40,477 bases of DNA. It comes from Hydrurus foetidus (taxonomy: Eukaryota). A program made the translations under genes and the position numbers. Positions within the stretch are counted from its first letter, which is position 1, and each line of letters opens with the position of its first letter. Of the stretch, positions 1 to 17,026 are shown one piece after another. The DNA lies in NCBI GenBank assembly GCA_900617105.1, contig UYFQ01000083.1:124001-164477 (forward strand), written 5' to 3'. Under the pieces are notes generated by a model. That model had not been told where the DNA came from, did not search any database, and worked only from the letters and a program-made list of their open reading frames with translations.

Positions 1-183
1 TCCCTTCCTTCCTTCCTTCCTTCCTTCCTTCCTTCCTTCCTTCCTTCCTTCCTTCCTTCCTTCCTTCCTTCCTTCCTTCCTTCCTTCCTTCCTTCCTTCC
101 TTCCTTCCTTCCTTCCTTCCTTCCTTCCTTCCTTCCTTCCTTCCTTCCTTCCTTCCTTCCTTCCTTCCTTCCTTCCTTCCTTC
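1..183. repeat. (TTCC)n microsatellite in an intron, just upstream of an acceptor site
   Basis: Uninterrupted ccttccttcc run from the window start to about 183, followed by a pyrimidine tract and CAG at 209-211. Confidence 0.97.
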
Positions 184-211
184 CTCCTTAATTTCTCTCT
201 TTTCCTTTCAG

Positions 212-2402
212 CTGGTGGATATGTTGCACAAGGAAGAAGCCGGTCTCACTATCGACAGAAGTCTCGAAGGTACGTTACTATCCCGTACGTTCCGGTTAGA
301 TCCTCAGAGACGTTTGTGCTAAATCTGCCATGATCTTCTGTAGACATTTGTACTATTTCTCATATGATGAAGTTGACTTAGAGCACCTCTCGATAAATTT
401 TGATTTTCTGATTTTGTAGTAAGTTATCGTTCGTTATATTAGGCTCAATAAGGAATTGTGGGAAGTAAAGAGACCAGACGACAACGAGAAATTTTATTAA
501 AATAATTGATTGCATCGCTTTGTAAAGTGCTTCACTGGATCTCCGATGTTCATTGCCATATTATTTTCCTTTTTCCTTGTCTTCGGTGACTTAGTCAATC
601 TCCAATTTCTATTTCTACCTCCTTTTCTCTTATCTTCATTCTTTAATTTCCGTATCTTGTATTCTGTATTCCATATTCGTTTCCATTTATTGTGTTTTGT
701 AGGCGCGCCCAATGGTGTACAGTCTTTTGAATTATTCGCTAGCGGGGAATGGAGAACGGATTTTGACGCCATATATCAGAAACTAATTCAATCAGCGACA
801 TTTGCAGAAATTGTAGCCGGTTAGTGCCATGTTAAATAGTCTTTGTGCTTATCTTTTACGATGTGTTACATCTTACGTACGCATACTTCAACACTTATTT
901 CTATTTCGAAGAGTTTCGACTCACTTTCTGTACACATGCACATACATACATACATACACACACATACACACGCACACTCTCTCACACGCACACATAATAT
1001 CACGATTAACCTGAGTAAATCACACAACACGATAGTAACCTTTCGATATCTTCAACAATAAAACAACGCAGGAAATTCGAGGGTACAAAAAATGGGGGGA
1101 GGGGTTGGGACGGCCCCGGGGGATGGGGGGTCGAATCCATCCCGGGGTCGTAGGGGCCGGGTCGGGGGTAAAGGGTCAGCCCAACCCTCTGACAAAGTTC
1201 TAAAGGTGATATTGATTAGATACTGAGCGTTGATGTGTTGGTGTGTTTAAGTTGTGTGTGGCAGGGAGTATCATTAAATGGGTGAATATTTTTTTGTATT
1301 CCGTACTTAGTCGTGCATAATTTCAGTATTTCACGTTCATTTTCTCCTCTCATATTTAACACTTCCTATCCAGGCGTGGAGCGAGTTGTCGGTATTTCTT
1401 CAAGAATTTGTAGAAAATAATTTCGGAAGACCAGGTAATACCGATTCACTATTAATTTGACGAATTCATTCTATTCTACACCGCACTGATTATCGCTTCT
1501 TCTTGTGCTAGAATGCAGTGATCAACAAATTTTGTTGGAATACACAACACTTCTCAATAAAAGTGCACTGCACCATAATATACCACAGCACATCGCACAC
1601 TTCACTTCACTATACTGTACAACAAAAGTCTGTTTGGGAACTTCTAGTCTGTGAATCCATTCAGATTGAAATTTTCTCATCTCATAAAGTGCTCGATACC
1701 GCCTTAATTGAAGCCTGACAATCTCATCTCAATTCTATTCTATTCCCATTTAGTTTCTTTCATTCTGTTTCTTGATCTACCTCTTATTCACTGTATCTCT
1801 CCTGTTTCTTCTTCTTCTCCTTGTTCTTGTTCTTCTTCTTCTATTTTCTTGTCTTTCTTTACAGCATTGAGACGAGTTGTACGGGAACAGTCGTACAGCG
1901 AACGTGTTCTGCGCACACCACCTTCCTTAGCATCTCCGGAAAATCCGTGTGTTCTGTTCCCGGATCGTTCTTTTGATTACTGCAGAATGTTCTTCTTAGG
2001 ATGTGAATCAGATCTTCTCATGTTGAATATTTTGTCTTACTCCATTTTTGATTTTTGGCTGGATAATACTGCAGCGGCTGTTTTTCTTTGTTATATACTA
2101 GACTGCGCGATTGCGCATGCGAGGAGAACAATGGGGAAGGTGAGTGAAAATAAACCTAGCAATTACACCAATGAATGAATATGAACATGTGTAATTTATC
2201 AGATGATTGGTCAAGAGTTAAGTAAATTTGATTTTTTTCAATAAAAAACCCTCAATTCTTTTTTAGCGCCAATTTATTCAGTGTACCTCACTTACTTTCC
2301 TTAACTTCTTCTACCTTGCATTTTTGTAATTGGTCATCTGTACCATTTTTGCAGGCTGTTATAGCGAAGAAGACTCTGGTGGATAAACGCTTTCTGTTCT
2401 GA
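212..2402 (+). CDS. TMEM67: Meckelin (TMEM67/MKS3), 3' part; 5' exons lie upstream of the window
   Basis: GT-AG exons 212-269, 703-819, 1072-1205, 1374-1434, 1865-2139 and 2355-2402 join in frame. They give LHKEEAGLTIDRSLEGAPNGVQSFELF...FDAIY...FFLGCESDLLMLNILSYSIFDFWLDNTAAAVFLCYILD...TMGKAVIAKKTLVDKRFLF*, matching the conserved meckelin C-terminus (KTLVDxRFL). Confidence 0.88.
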
Positions 2403-2668
2403 TTTCCTGAAATTTATTTCGAGTCACATATTCTTGAATTACGTTTTGTAATTTTTTCTGATGAGATATTTTTTGACACACTCATACATTACCAGCCCAC
2501 TTATTTGTTAGTCATCGCTTTCACTGAATTACATTGCAGCACTCATGAGAAACGTCACTGTAAGCAAATTAAATTGTTCTACGTTATCAACAATACTTGA
2601 AGCTGCACTTCGACCTTTGTCGCAAGAGCATTCAACGATGATAAGTCAGCGTAGCATATCGCTGCACC

Positions 2669-2809
2669 GTATTGTCGAAGTCACAACTTAACCGGAATAT
2701 CTTATATTGCGCTGAAAATGACCGCTGAGACAACTTTTCCCCTTTATATTCGTCAGATGTGCTGTAAGGGACTCCCAATTCTGCTGTTTTGTTGTGACTT
2801 CGACAATAC
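2669..2809. mobile_element. MITE-like element: 19-bp perfect inverted repeats bounding 141 bp
   Basis: GTATTGTCGAAGTCACAAC (2669-2687) is the exact reverse complement of GTTGTGACTTCGACAATAC (2791-2809). TA dinucleotides near both outer edges could be a TA target duplication. The interior is non-coding. Confidence 0.5.
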
Positions 2810-3323
2810 AGATTCTATTTTCAATATACATACGCTGAGTACTAGGTAAGGACAAATTCAATTTTGATTCTTGGTCAGATGTTTTACTACAAAGATTTTA
2901 TCTTCACAAGCCAACAAAACTTATTGCGTCCAAATACCAAAAGTCCACGGCCAAATATGACGAAATGTACCGTATGAAGGAGAAAATGAAGAAGAGTAAT
3001 GATCGAAATATTTTATATTTGACCTAACAATCCCGAATCTGCTGTTAACTTAATTAATACGCCACAAGTTTTGTGGGATGAAAAATCACAAGATGCAGGG
3101 ATAATTCTTTATGTTTCCTCCTTACAATAGTCAAGGTAAATCGTGGTCCTTTTTTATATGAACATTACTGATAGAATATCGAGTAAAATAAAATGGAGTA
3201 AGTGCAACGCTCCGCATGCCCAAAATTCTCACATGGAATCGTAAAACCGAGCAATCAAATAAAATACTAGGGTTGCAAACCGAAAAACGGTGAAAGAACG
3301 ATGCTTGCATTTGTTCTTCACGT

Positions 3324-5984
3324 TTAATTTTCCATTTTTTCCAGTTTCTTCCAATACGAATCAACAAATGAAATATACTTCTCCACATCAAAAGACCCTC
3401 GGAAAAAGTTGCACGACAGATTCACCTGAGAGATTGAAAAGTAAAAAAAAAAGAAGCAAAATTGATGTACAAAAAAATGAAATCTTCAAAAACAGTTCAA
3501 TGCAGAACAACTGAAAAGAAACAATCGCTACATGACAAGTAAAGATGACGTATCATACTGTAGGTAACTACTAGTACCTCAAGTAGAAACACCCCCTTGG
3601 GCGTGAACGTGACATCCCACCCTACAATGGGCACATCCTTCATCATCTTAAAATGGGAACTGCGATACAAAAGGAATTCGATGGTATTTAAGAGATAGAT
3701 AAGGGAAGTTTTATGTGAATGATTTGATTAAATTTCAGTATGTCAGAGAATCCAATTTTATTCCATTCAATTTTGTTTATTGAATTGCGATAAGAATGTT
3801 TTGATGATAATAAGCGTCAAGGAACATATCTTATGAAACCAAAAGTATGATGTGCAATCGCCTACATTATTTCATGTAAAATCATTCAGAACAAATCTAT
3901 GATACCAAACATAACAAAGTAAGATAGCATGGCGCACAACAAAACAAAATTAAATGACATACGTATACGTGTGCCAGCATAATCAATAAAATTTCCGGAA
4001 CACAATACGAATTTCTATGGTTCAGAAAAAGGAGGGAGAGAGAGAGAGCAGAGTTTTTTTCACTATAGTTCGTGTCTTACCTGATAACGATATCAAGGGC
4101 TTCCTTCATGCCCGGTATAATTTTACCGGTAACGGTTGGTTTCGGCTCATCCGGATGAGATTCAAATCCGACCTCCGGTAGCCAAGAGCAGTGAAGAGCT
4201 TTATGTCCAAGTTTATACCAGTGGGCATTCGTCATACCCCGTTGAATACGGCCAAGAGAAGGGTCATTTTTCGAATTTGTAGGGGAGTAATTATCTGGTA
4301 CGCCCACATCGAATAGCACTGAAGAATGATCCGTTAGAGCACCACTACGTCCAAGTCGCAATACAGCGGAAAGAGCTTTAATCGATGAAATATCGTCTTT
4401 CACATTATTGTCACCCACTTTTAAAAAAGAGGTAGAGGTGGTTATCACTCTCATCGTTGACAAAGGAGAGTTGGAAGGGAGAACAGTGTTCAGCCACACA
4501 GAATTCACCTGATTAATAAATTAAAATCGAACAGAAAAATTAATTAAGAGCATGAGGGTAAGAAAAATCCGATGCAGAATTACTTTTTCACGTAAATTGA
4601 AATCCATTAAAATACATCATGAAAAAATAAATCATATACTTCAAGGTAAGGTGATGGAATTAAAAATTAAAGTTACGATGTCAATATGTAATAAAGGAGT
4701 TTTGCCTCCGACAAGAAATACCATCTGATATCTGGCAAAGCATATTTCCGCCATCCAGAATAAAACACGATGACCTCACCATTTTTTCTTGTAGAATCCA
4801 GTCACCACCAAAGGCAGCATTCTTGAAAAAATGGATACCCATACCGCCCTCTATGTTTTTGTTTTTGCACACCAAATCAGGTAGATCGGTAATAAAAGGA
4901 GAAACAGGAACATTTAAAGCTTTTCCTTCTGTTAAAAATGTCCATTTATCCTGTAGAATAATTTAGTTGAGATAAACGAATGTCATGGTCACGAAAAATC
5001 GCGATGAAATTAAGTGAGATGATAAATTATGCTGGTTATGGTCATCAATAAATGAGAAAAATTGTTCAGGTAAGAATGGAAAGCAATTTGAACGTGACAA
5101 ATTAAATTGATTATTCTAGAAAATAATAGAGAGCGATAATTGTGAAATAATAAGATGAAAAATTAATCAAAAATTTCCTCGAATCATTCGAGGCAATAGT
5201 AATTAATTGACGTACCTCTTGTTGATAGCCTTTCGCCTTCGTCAAATGAGAGTGATAACTAACCAGTCTGCAATTCAATCTCCAGAGAGAAAACCAGTCG
5301 TCTGGATGCAATAAATGCTGCTTATAAAACTTGACAAGATTTGATAGGAAGAATCCTAATGAGAAAGTTTTCTTCGTTTTGCACTCTATTCTAGCCTTAT
5401 TGATCGCACCAACGAAGCAGATGCTTGGATTTATGAAGAATATAAAGTAGAGGCAGCTGTAATAGGAATAGCAGAACGAGCTCAAAGGTATCCCAGTTCC
5501 TAAATACGATGAAAAATATTTGGGAGAGTAGAGTGGCTTCAGAAGCAAAAACTACAGCTAAATGATATCACGGCATAAATTCGGGGAAATTGAGGACTCG
5601 TCTATGTATCAATGATGAGTAATTCAAAGTTAACAATTGCTGATGCACATTTACTGTGGCATGACATCCATGTAATGCCATAGTAAACGAAATGACTCCA
5701 CACATCTTCTGCCAATCATAGCAAAATAATTGGGCACCTGGTATGGCCACGTTGCTTAGGTTGTCGATCATATCTTGTTGAAAGGTCGGTGACCGATAGT
5801 GGGGCTTTGCCCATAGCTTAAAAATCAGCGATAAGGAGAAAATCTGTACTCGTGCCCACGTATCGCCAGTAAATGCAGAGCATGACGAGTATGACTTTTT
5901 CAAGAAGATGTACTGATAGAGGGCGTAGAAGTACAGAAATGTGACTGTGGTCAAGTCGTACAGATCAGATAAAATGGAGCTCAT
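3324..5984 (-). CDS. Membrane-associated ATP-grasp protein (alpha-L-glutamate ligase-like / sugar-transfer-associated ATP-grasp type), about 437 aa
   Basis: Six GT-AG exons (5984-5738, 5499-5216, 4950-4780, 4508-4081, 3659-3578, 3425-3324) total 1314 nt in frame. ATP-grasp motifs: DKWTFL, VCKNKNIEGGMGI, WILQEK, STMRVIT, HPD, VGWDVTFTPKGVFLLEVN. The N-terminal half has hydrophobic segments. Confidence 0.78.
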
Positions 5985-6442
5985 GATTAGAGATCTTCGA
6001 TAACGTATCAGCTCTTAAGGACCTAGTGCATGCGGGAACCCTGGCAATCTTAGCACGGCTGAAGCAAATTGGAAACACTAACTTTGCTCCAGCTCAAACC
6101 TCTGCCTCTGACAGCTCACAGCATGTGATAGTGACGAGAGTTAATCCTACAATCCTACCGTGCCGCTAACGTAATGATGTACGTACTCCATACGTACTTG
6201 CTGTGCTCAAACAACATTCTCCGCACAAAGGGTTGGATCCACGAATTAAGTGCGTGAGTTACATGGCCATGAACGCATCACTTCTCTTCTCTCTTCTGGT
6301 TGAAATACTGCTCTGCTCGGAACAGTATTGGCATCTCGCGTCCTAGTAATTCCTACGATCACAAGCAAGCTCGTCCTGAAGCTTTTTCCAGCTAATATTT
6401 AAAGAAAAAGATAAAAGGAATACACTCAGAAATAATTTAAAA

Positions 6443-8408
6443 ATGATCTCCCCTATGAGAATGAGACTCCTTGCCTCGTCCATCATTATTGGCCATAACT
6501 TTGTCTATTACAACAGTGCACAGTGCCAAGAACATGATTTGAAAGCATTCTCACCGAAGGTTAGTGTCATTGGCTTCTTTATAGAGCTGAAGTATTGGAT
6601 GCTTTTGCAACATGATAAACGACGCTTAACGGTATCAACATTTTTCACTTATCCTCTCAGCGGTGAACAAGAAATTCTTCCCATTTCCTATCCTAACATT
6701 CTTGCTTGCTAAATTTTCTCATCATAGGAGTTCAGATCATATCCAGTCAGTAAAATTACTGCATTAAGTCATAACGTCAAGGCCTATGAAATAGCCCTGC
6801 CAACTAAGGAACATGAGACGGTATGAGAATGCATTACTTTGCAAGCATGTTGATACTTTGATGAGCGGGGAGAAAGGCGTCCCGCTCTGTTGATTTCATG
6901 TGCAGTAGCGCAAATCTATACTTGTTGTGTTGGTCAGAGTTCATAACTAATCATCCCCCGCCTCGTATCAAAACGATTCATGCGTACATTAGGGTGTCAC
7001 CGTGTCGTCTTTGATCATGGTCAAAGGTGTCACGTACCCTGACGGAAAATTCGACGTGAAGCCATACACACCAACATCTCTGAATGACCAAAAAGGTATA
7101 ACTTCTATTTTAATCTCACATTCTACTTTGACTGAGACTTGCTTCGCAATAGAGGAGTCAGAAATATTTCCCTGACGTCGTTATCTTATTCTTTTTGATG
7201 AGACAAATCAACCGCAAGATCTTTTCCCGTGGGTTCTAATTGCAATCGTGCTTGATGACTATTGTCTTCAGGGTCGATGGAGCTTGTCGTCAAGACGTAC
7301 CCAGAAGGAAAAGTGTCAGGTTTCATGAATAACTTAAAGGTATGGATTCAGTATTAATGACTTGTAAGGTTACAATGTCTGCTCCTCCTCAAATCTAGGT
7401 ATTAGACAATACTGTCGCCTATTATATTTACATTAAAGTTGCTGCCTTAGGTTGCGAATAAATTGAGAGAATCGACTTGTTCTACTGCATTCTTTAAATC
7501 GTAACATTGTGCAAATTTTTGTGATTTTAGGTTGGAGATATGATAGATATCAAAGGCCCTTTCCCCAAGCTGCCCTACATAGCAAACATGAAGAAAGAAA
7601 TCGGCATGCTGTGCGGAGGTACTGGTATCACTCCTATGTTGCAGGTGAGAATATATCGCTTTATCAATTCAAAAAACGCTTGATTACCGCATATATCTAG
7701 AAGTCAACAAGAAAATTGAATTGGTACTAATACATCTCTGACGCATACATATTCACAAATTGCAGAAGTAATTTCCCTTCCCTTCTCTTTTGATCGCTTG
7801 TGATTTATAGGTTATCAAGGAAGTGCTTAAGAATCCTGAAGACAAAACCGAGATCAGTTTGGTATTCGCAAACACCACTGAAGACGATATTTTATTGAAA
7901 TCAAGAATTGATGAGCTTGCTGCCAAACACGCCAACTTTAAAGTCACATACGTTCTATCATCACCACCTACAAGGTATAGATATTTGATTTCTATGGCGA
8001 TCTTACATTATTATGATTATGCAATTCCAGTGACATAAATCAATAATGTACTTGATTGTTTATAATCTGATTTCATTCTCTCCAACAATGTAACAGTGGA
8101 TGGAGCGGAGAAACAGGATTTATTAGCTCCTCTATCATATGCTCCGTTATGCCCAAGCCAAGCACAGACTCGCTCATCCTGGTAAGTAATGTAAAAGTAT
8201 TATATCACACTATATTTTTAGTGCGAGACTCAAGGCAATTACAGAAAGACTAATATGCATGATGCATCAATTTTGATTTTAGGTATGTGGTCCTCCCGGT
8301 TTCATGGCAGCAATGTCTGGAGATAAAACAAAAGATTACAAGCAGGGGATGGTTGAGGGTCTTCTCAAAGCTGCAGGCTACAATGAGGACATGGTCTTTA
8401 AATTTTGA
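6443..8408 (+). CDS. CYB5R: NADH-cytochrome b5 reductase (MCR1-like, probably mitochondrial), about 289 aa
   Basis: Eight exons (6443-6559, 6728-6820, 6993-7095, 7272-7339, 7531-7644, 7811-7974, 8097-8181, 8283-8408). Motifs: KPYTP, VKTYPEGKVS, KGP, GGTGITPMLQ, FANTTEDDILL, VCGPPGFM and the MCR1-type tail SGDKTKDYKQG..GLL..AGY..DMVFKF*. Confidence 0.92.
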
Positions 8409-9010
8409 ACGTTCTACTGCTTTTTCGGCTTCTTAGTTTTTATTTTGGTAATTGAGCCCCCGATTAGTTTTGCTCCGTACTTCTCCTCTTTTATTGTCTC
8501 ATCACATCGTTTCAAGTTTCGCTTTGATACATAAACGACACAGCGAATATGGTAAATTAATACATCTCTCTTTTGATAAACATCAACATCTTCGTCTATG
8601 TGCCTTTGAAGCATTTTTAATACCAATTGGGAGCAAATTGGCGGAGCCCAGAACGGCCTACTGTTATGAAGGTTAAAAGTTAAAAGGTACTGTCGTTGAA
8701 ATTCAAATTGGCGAAAATACGTCCGTAAACCATAAACCTGTACGTACCGAATCGACAGGGTCCGTTTTTAGACAAAAACGGGCTTTCGGATATTGACCAG
8801 AACCTGGAAAAGTTGGCAAGTACGTTGCTCGTTTGTTCTCGTCAGCATGTCGTCGTTTTATCATTTTGACGCATCAGCCCCTCATTTGAACAGCATCATC
8901 GCTGCGACAGTGCTGAAAGTTCAAGTGACATCACTGATTTGAGAGATAATCAACTCTATCGCAAACGCACTTTCGCATCTACCAACTTTTAACAAGTAAC
9001 AATCAAGATC

Positions 9011-9934
9011 ATGAGAGTTTCTTTTATTGCACTCCTGTCAATGGCTTCGCTGGGATTATCATTTTCCTTCTCGCGATTTGCAGTTAATAGAATTAGTGTT
9101 GCAAGAAGTCAGGTGTTACATAGTGAACCAGAGGCTCCCGGTGCACCAGCTTCACCAGCAGGACCAGCATCGAAGGGATTTGGCGCAGCAAAAGCCAAAG
9201 TAGATGTTGCAGCTGAAGTAGAGAAAGATGCTGGAACTAAGACATACGAAATACAAGCAAAGCGTGGCGTCCCTGAATATAACATCTTTCTTAGACCTGT
9301 AAATGGCACAGAAGTTGAATGGGTTCCTGTAGGCTCGATGGTGAGATAATATCGATGATTCTACCACAATCTCATTTACTGCATTATGGCTCATCATAAT
9401 CTGCTGATAGTATTGAGGAGAGATAATAGTAAGCGAAAACATGCAAACAGTGACAATGAATCTAACGACATTACATATGAAATTATTGCAGACTATTCCT
9501 AGAGATGTAACGGTATCATTCGCTGTCTTTGAGACTGAGGAAGAACTTCTGAAGGGCGCATTTAAACTATACCCTAAGTTGAAAGCATTTTGGGATGTGA
9601 GAAAAGAGAAGACAGGAATATTTGAATATGGCCAATGTTTGAAAGCATTCCCTGATGAGCCAATCATTGTTATCGTCAAGGAGGAAGTCAAAGAACAGAA
9701 GGGTTTTTTCCAAAACTGGTGAGTGACGAACATTTTTTCATCATCGCAAGATATTTATTCTGTGCACAATTTTGACCGTTAATTCTTTATAGGGTGCAGA
9801 AAAATCAATTTAATTAAACCATTACTAACGTATTCACGATATTTTTTATTTTTAGGTTGGCTAAAATCACGAATCCTATCGACACATCGGATCTGAAGAA
9901 TCCCGGACAGATGACCATCAATCAGAACAAATAA
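9011..9934 (+). CDS. Plastid-targeted HHL1-like (DUF6523-type) protein, about 211 aa
   Basis: Exons 9011-9340, 9492-9718 and 9856-9934. Signal peptide MRVSFIALLSMASLGLS/F, then a Ser/Arg-rich transit peptide and KGFG. The core GVPEYNIFLR..WVPVGSM..AVFETEEELLKGAFKLYPKLK..FEYGQCLKAFPDEPI resembles cyanobacterial HHL1-like proteins as I recall them. Confidence 0.7.
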
Positions 9935-11067
9935 AAATAATGACGCAAAAACGGCTTAAATTGTTTTGACTATAGTAGAAGACTTAATTTTGTTTAGAAG
10001 TAATTGGTTGTGGAAAGGTTATGGTAATTATAATGAAGACTTATTTATCTTGTAGGTTATTATTTATGGTGAACTAAAGTCCCCCTTCTTTTCTCATCGA
10101 TAAAAGACGTCAAATAGTGGTTCATATGCTTCGACAAGTGAAGAACCTCCTGCAGGTCATTCAATGGGGGCAATATTACAGTACATTCAAAACTTGCTGT
10201 CTGAACGATTTCATAGCGAAGCGACATCTTAAAGATCATGGCTTGACGCCAAATACTCGGCACAGTGGCGGTTAAGAGTGACTCTGAAATACCGATATAC
10301 ATACAGCAGTCTCAATGCCATAACAGCGGAATTCGTATTCAAGTCAAGAAGAGCTTTTAGGCTTCAGCTACACTTTGTACGGGATCTGTGAAGTGAAGTA
10401 AGTGCTTTCCCTCGACTGAATGGTAACGAAATGAATCTATTAGGTCGGAAGAGTGTTCATCGCTGATTACATTTATTTCCATTGCTGTTTCATATGGTTA
10501 ACTCCAAAAGTAAATTTCTTCTCGTAAGTATGTACGAAGTTCTTCCCAGCCACAGTCGTAATTTCGTCCCGAGACCATAAAACCGAGATGTTTTTCGTAC
10601 CGCGGGCGAAGCTCGACGAAATACTTCGAGGGTTATGGTCGAGTGTACGAACGTTACTTTTTATTCCGATGGGTTATACACAAAATCTGCAATCGACACG
10701 CGCGCGTTTCGACCTGCGCGTGAAAACGGTGAAATCTGGCCGGAAGCTCATGACCGGAAAAGGGAAAAGGGTCTTTACGGTATGAACCCTGAGGGATAAA
10801 AACAAAATTTATAAACCGTATGGACTGTTCCGTGTGACTTTCCGCAGCACAGTATAAAGTTGAGAGTGTTCTTCAACGTGTCCTCTGGGGCGAGAAAGAA
10901 GAAAAAATCTTCGATTTGATTTTTTGGATCACTGCAATCTGCAATCGACCACTGTACATACTGCTACCCTACCGTCACCGTAAAAGATAGATACCTTGCA
11001 ATTGGTCTGACAGTTATCGCAAAGTTGCGACGCAATTGAGACTCGGACATTAGTGAAACGTGCAAGA

Positions 11068-15386
<4,319 letters not shown>

Positions 15387-15392
15387 AGACTT

Positions 15393-15523
15393 TGAATGCG
15401 TTTTATTCTATTTAGATGCCATTTGTTTGCCTCGATATCCTTCTATTTGCGACAGTATGAAAGCGTTTTATTCTATTTAGATGCTATTTGTTTGCCTCGA
15501 TATCCTTCTATTTGCGACAGTAT
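15393..15523. repeat. 65-bp tandem duplication just after the hemB stop codon
   Basis: gcgttttattctatttagatgc[c/t]atttgtttgcctcgatatccttctatttgcgacagtat occurs at 15398-15458 and 15463-15523. Confidence 0.93.
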
Positions 15524-17026
15524 TAATGATTTAGATTTGATGATGCGACTGACAGTGTCTCTTATAGCATCAAAAGAATCGGACTTCGAATTCCATGTTT
15601 TTTCCGTTTCCACTCGGTGACGCGTAGAAAGGGTCTAACAATTAGGATGAATAATTCATGTAGGGATGTCTGCTGTCTGTGTGGTGAGCATTGCACATGT
15701 TGCAGATTGAAGATGGTTAGTCATCACTGCATGCAGAGCAGTATGCCGTTTGCAACAATAACTAAAATACCAGTTCTGATAACAACTTGACCAGGATCGA
15801 TTCGGCTCTATTTTTCTTTCGCAAAGTGTAGCCTGAATTTGAAGACGTACAGAGCAGAATTATTTGCACTCCCTCACCACTCCAGTGATTCAAACACTGT
15901 AGGCCGGAAACGAAATCAAAGTTTGTTTACTACAGCTCAAGATGTTGATTAAGGCGATTCAATGATGAGAGTAATTGAAGATACAATCAAATAGTGACTC
16001 ATCCATTTATGTCGAATGTTCTCAAACCGTAAAACATCATGCTATTACATTTTGTTGCTGATATTTGTATGCCGTACGACAAGCAGTGCACACACACAAT
16101 TATCGATTGCAATCCAATCACTCAACGACTACAACAAGCATGTGTCTACTTCACGCTGCCATCCATAATTTAACCTCAACACTCGTGAAACAGATACATT
16201 CGTTTTACTTTCGGCAATCACTGCATCAACATTTGTAATTTGTACCGTACTTCAAGACAAAGTTCGTGTAGAAATTAAGTCCAAAATGGTTGATTTTTGT
16301 CAGAAATTTCGGTGTAATCTAATGAAAAAAATCGGAAATTCTGCCCAAGAATACGAAATATACACCCCAAATTTGTGACTGATATCGACCCCGACCATTT
16401 AATTTTCCGATTCCTGACTTGATTTCGTCACTTACTTTCTTCCGAAGTACGTTCAAAGTCGAATTCCACTTCAGCAATTCCTAAATAGTGCAATGAAAAT
16501 CAGTGTAACATTTCTCTCTTTGGTAATTTTTGACTCCAAATTAGGAATCAGGATGCATATCTAGCTGATAGATTATTCTGCATCAATTTTTAAATAATTT
16601 TTGAATTTTATCAATGAAAGGTCTTGGGACTGTATCATAAACCGATTTTGATTTCCGGCTAGCTTTTGTAACTGCTGGAGAAGGTGGGAAAAAACACTCA
16701 GGTCGAAAAACTCCTCAGCGCTTGTTGTGTGGCATGACATGAAACGATCGTGTACAGGAATCAGAAAAATGAAAAAATCCGTTTCATGTTTATTTGATTA
16801 GTTTCGCAATAAAGAGATGAAGTAGTTGCAAGTCAATTACAAACCACGTCCATTAAAATCATCAAATCGTTCAATGAGCAATCTACAGTATAATTTGAAT
16901 AAAAATATCGAGTTTGATAGCATTACAATCCTTCTTTTCACACTGACTTATCAACACCCTACTTTATCCCACTTCTCCACTTCTCTTCTCTTCTCATCTA
17001 GTCTCTCTCGCTTTACAAGATCTAGT

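Noticed and set aside
1080..1200. G-rich block as a transposon end or telomere-like repeat
   Set aside because: It is bounded by AG/GT sites and explained as an in-frame meckelin exon.
9152..9733. 193-aa minus-strand ORF
   Set aside because: It is the antisense shadow of the HHL1-like gene.
10540..10840. CpG-rich segment with a 65-aa ORF and short ccataaaacc/ggttatgg motifs upstream of hemB
   Set aside because: No recognisable protein, RNA structure or termini; it may simply be promoter DNA.
16240..16800. Possible decayed non-autonomous transposon (imperfect inverted ttttccgattcctg / caggaatcagaaaaa)
   Set aside because: No clear termini, TSD or second copy in the window.
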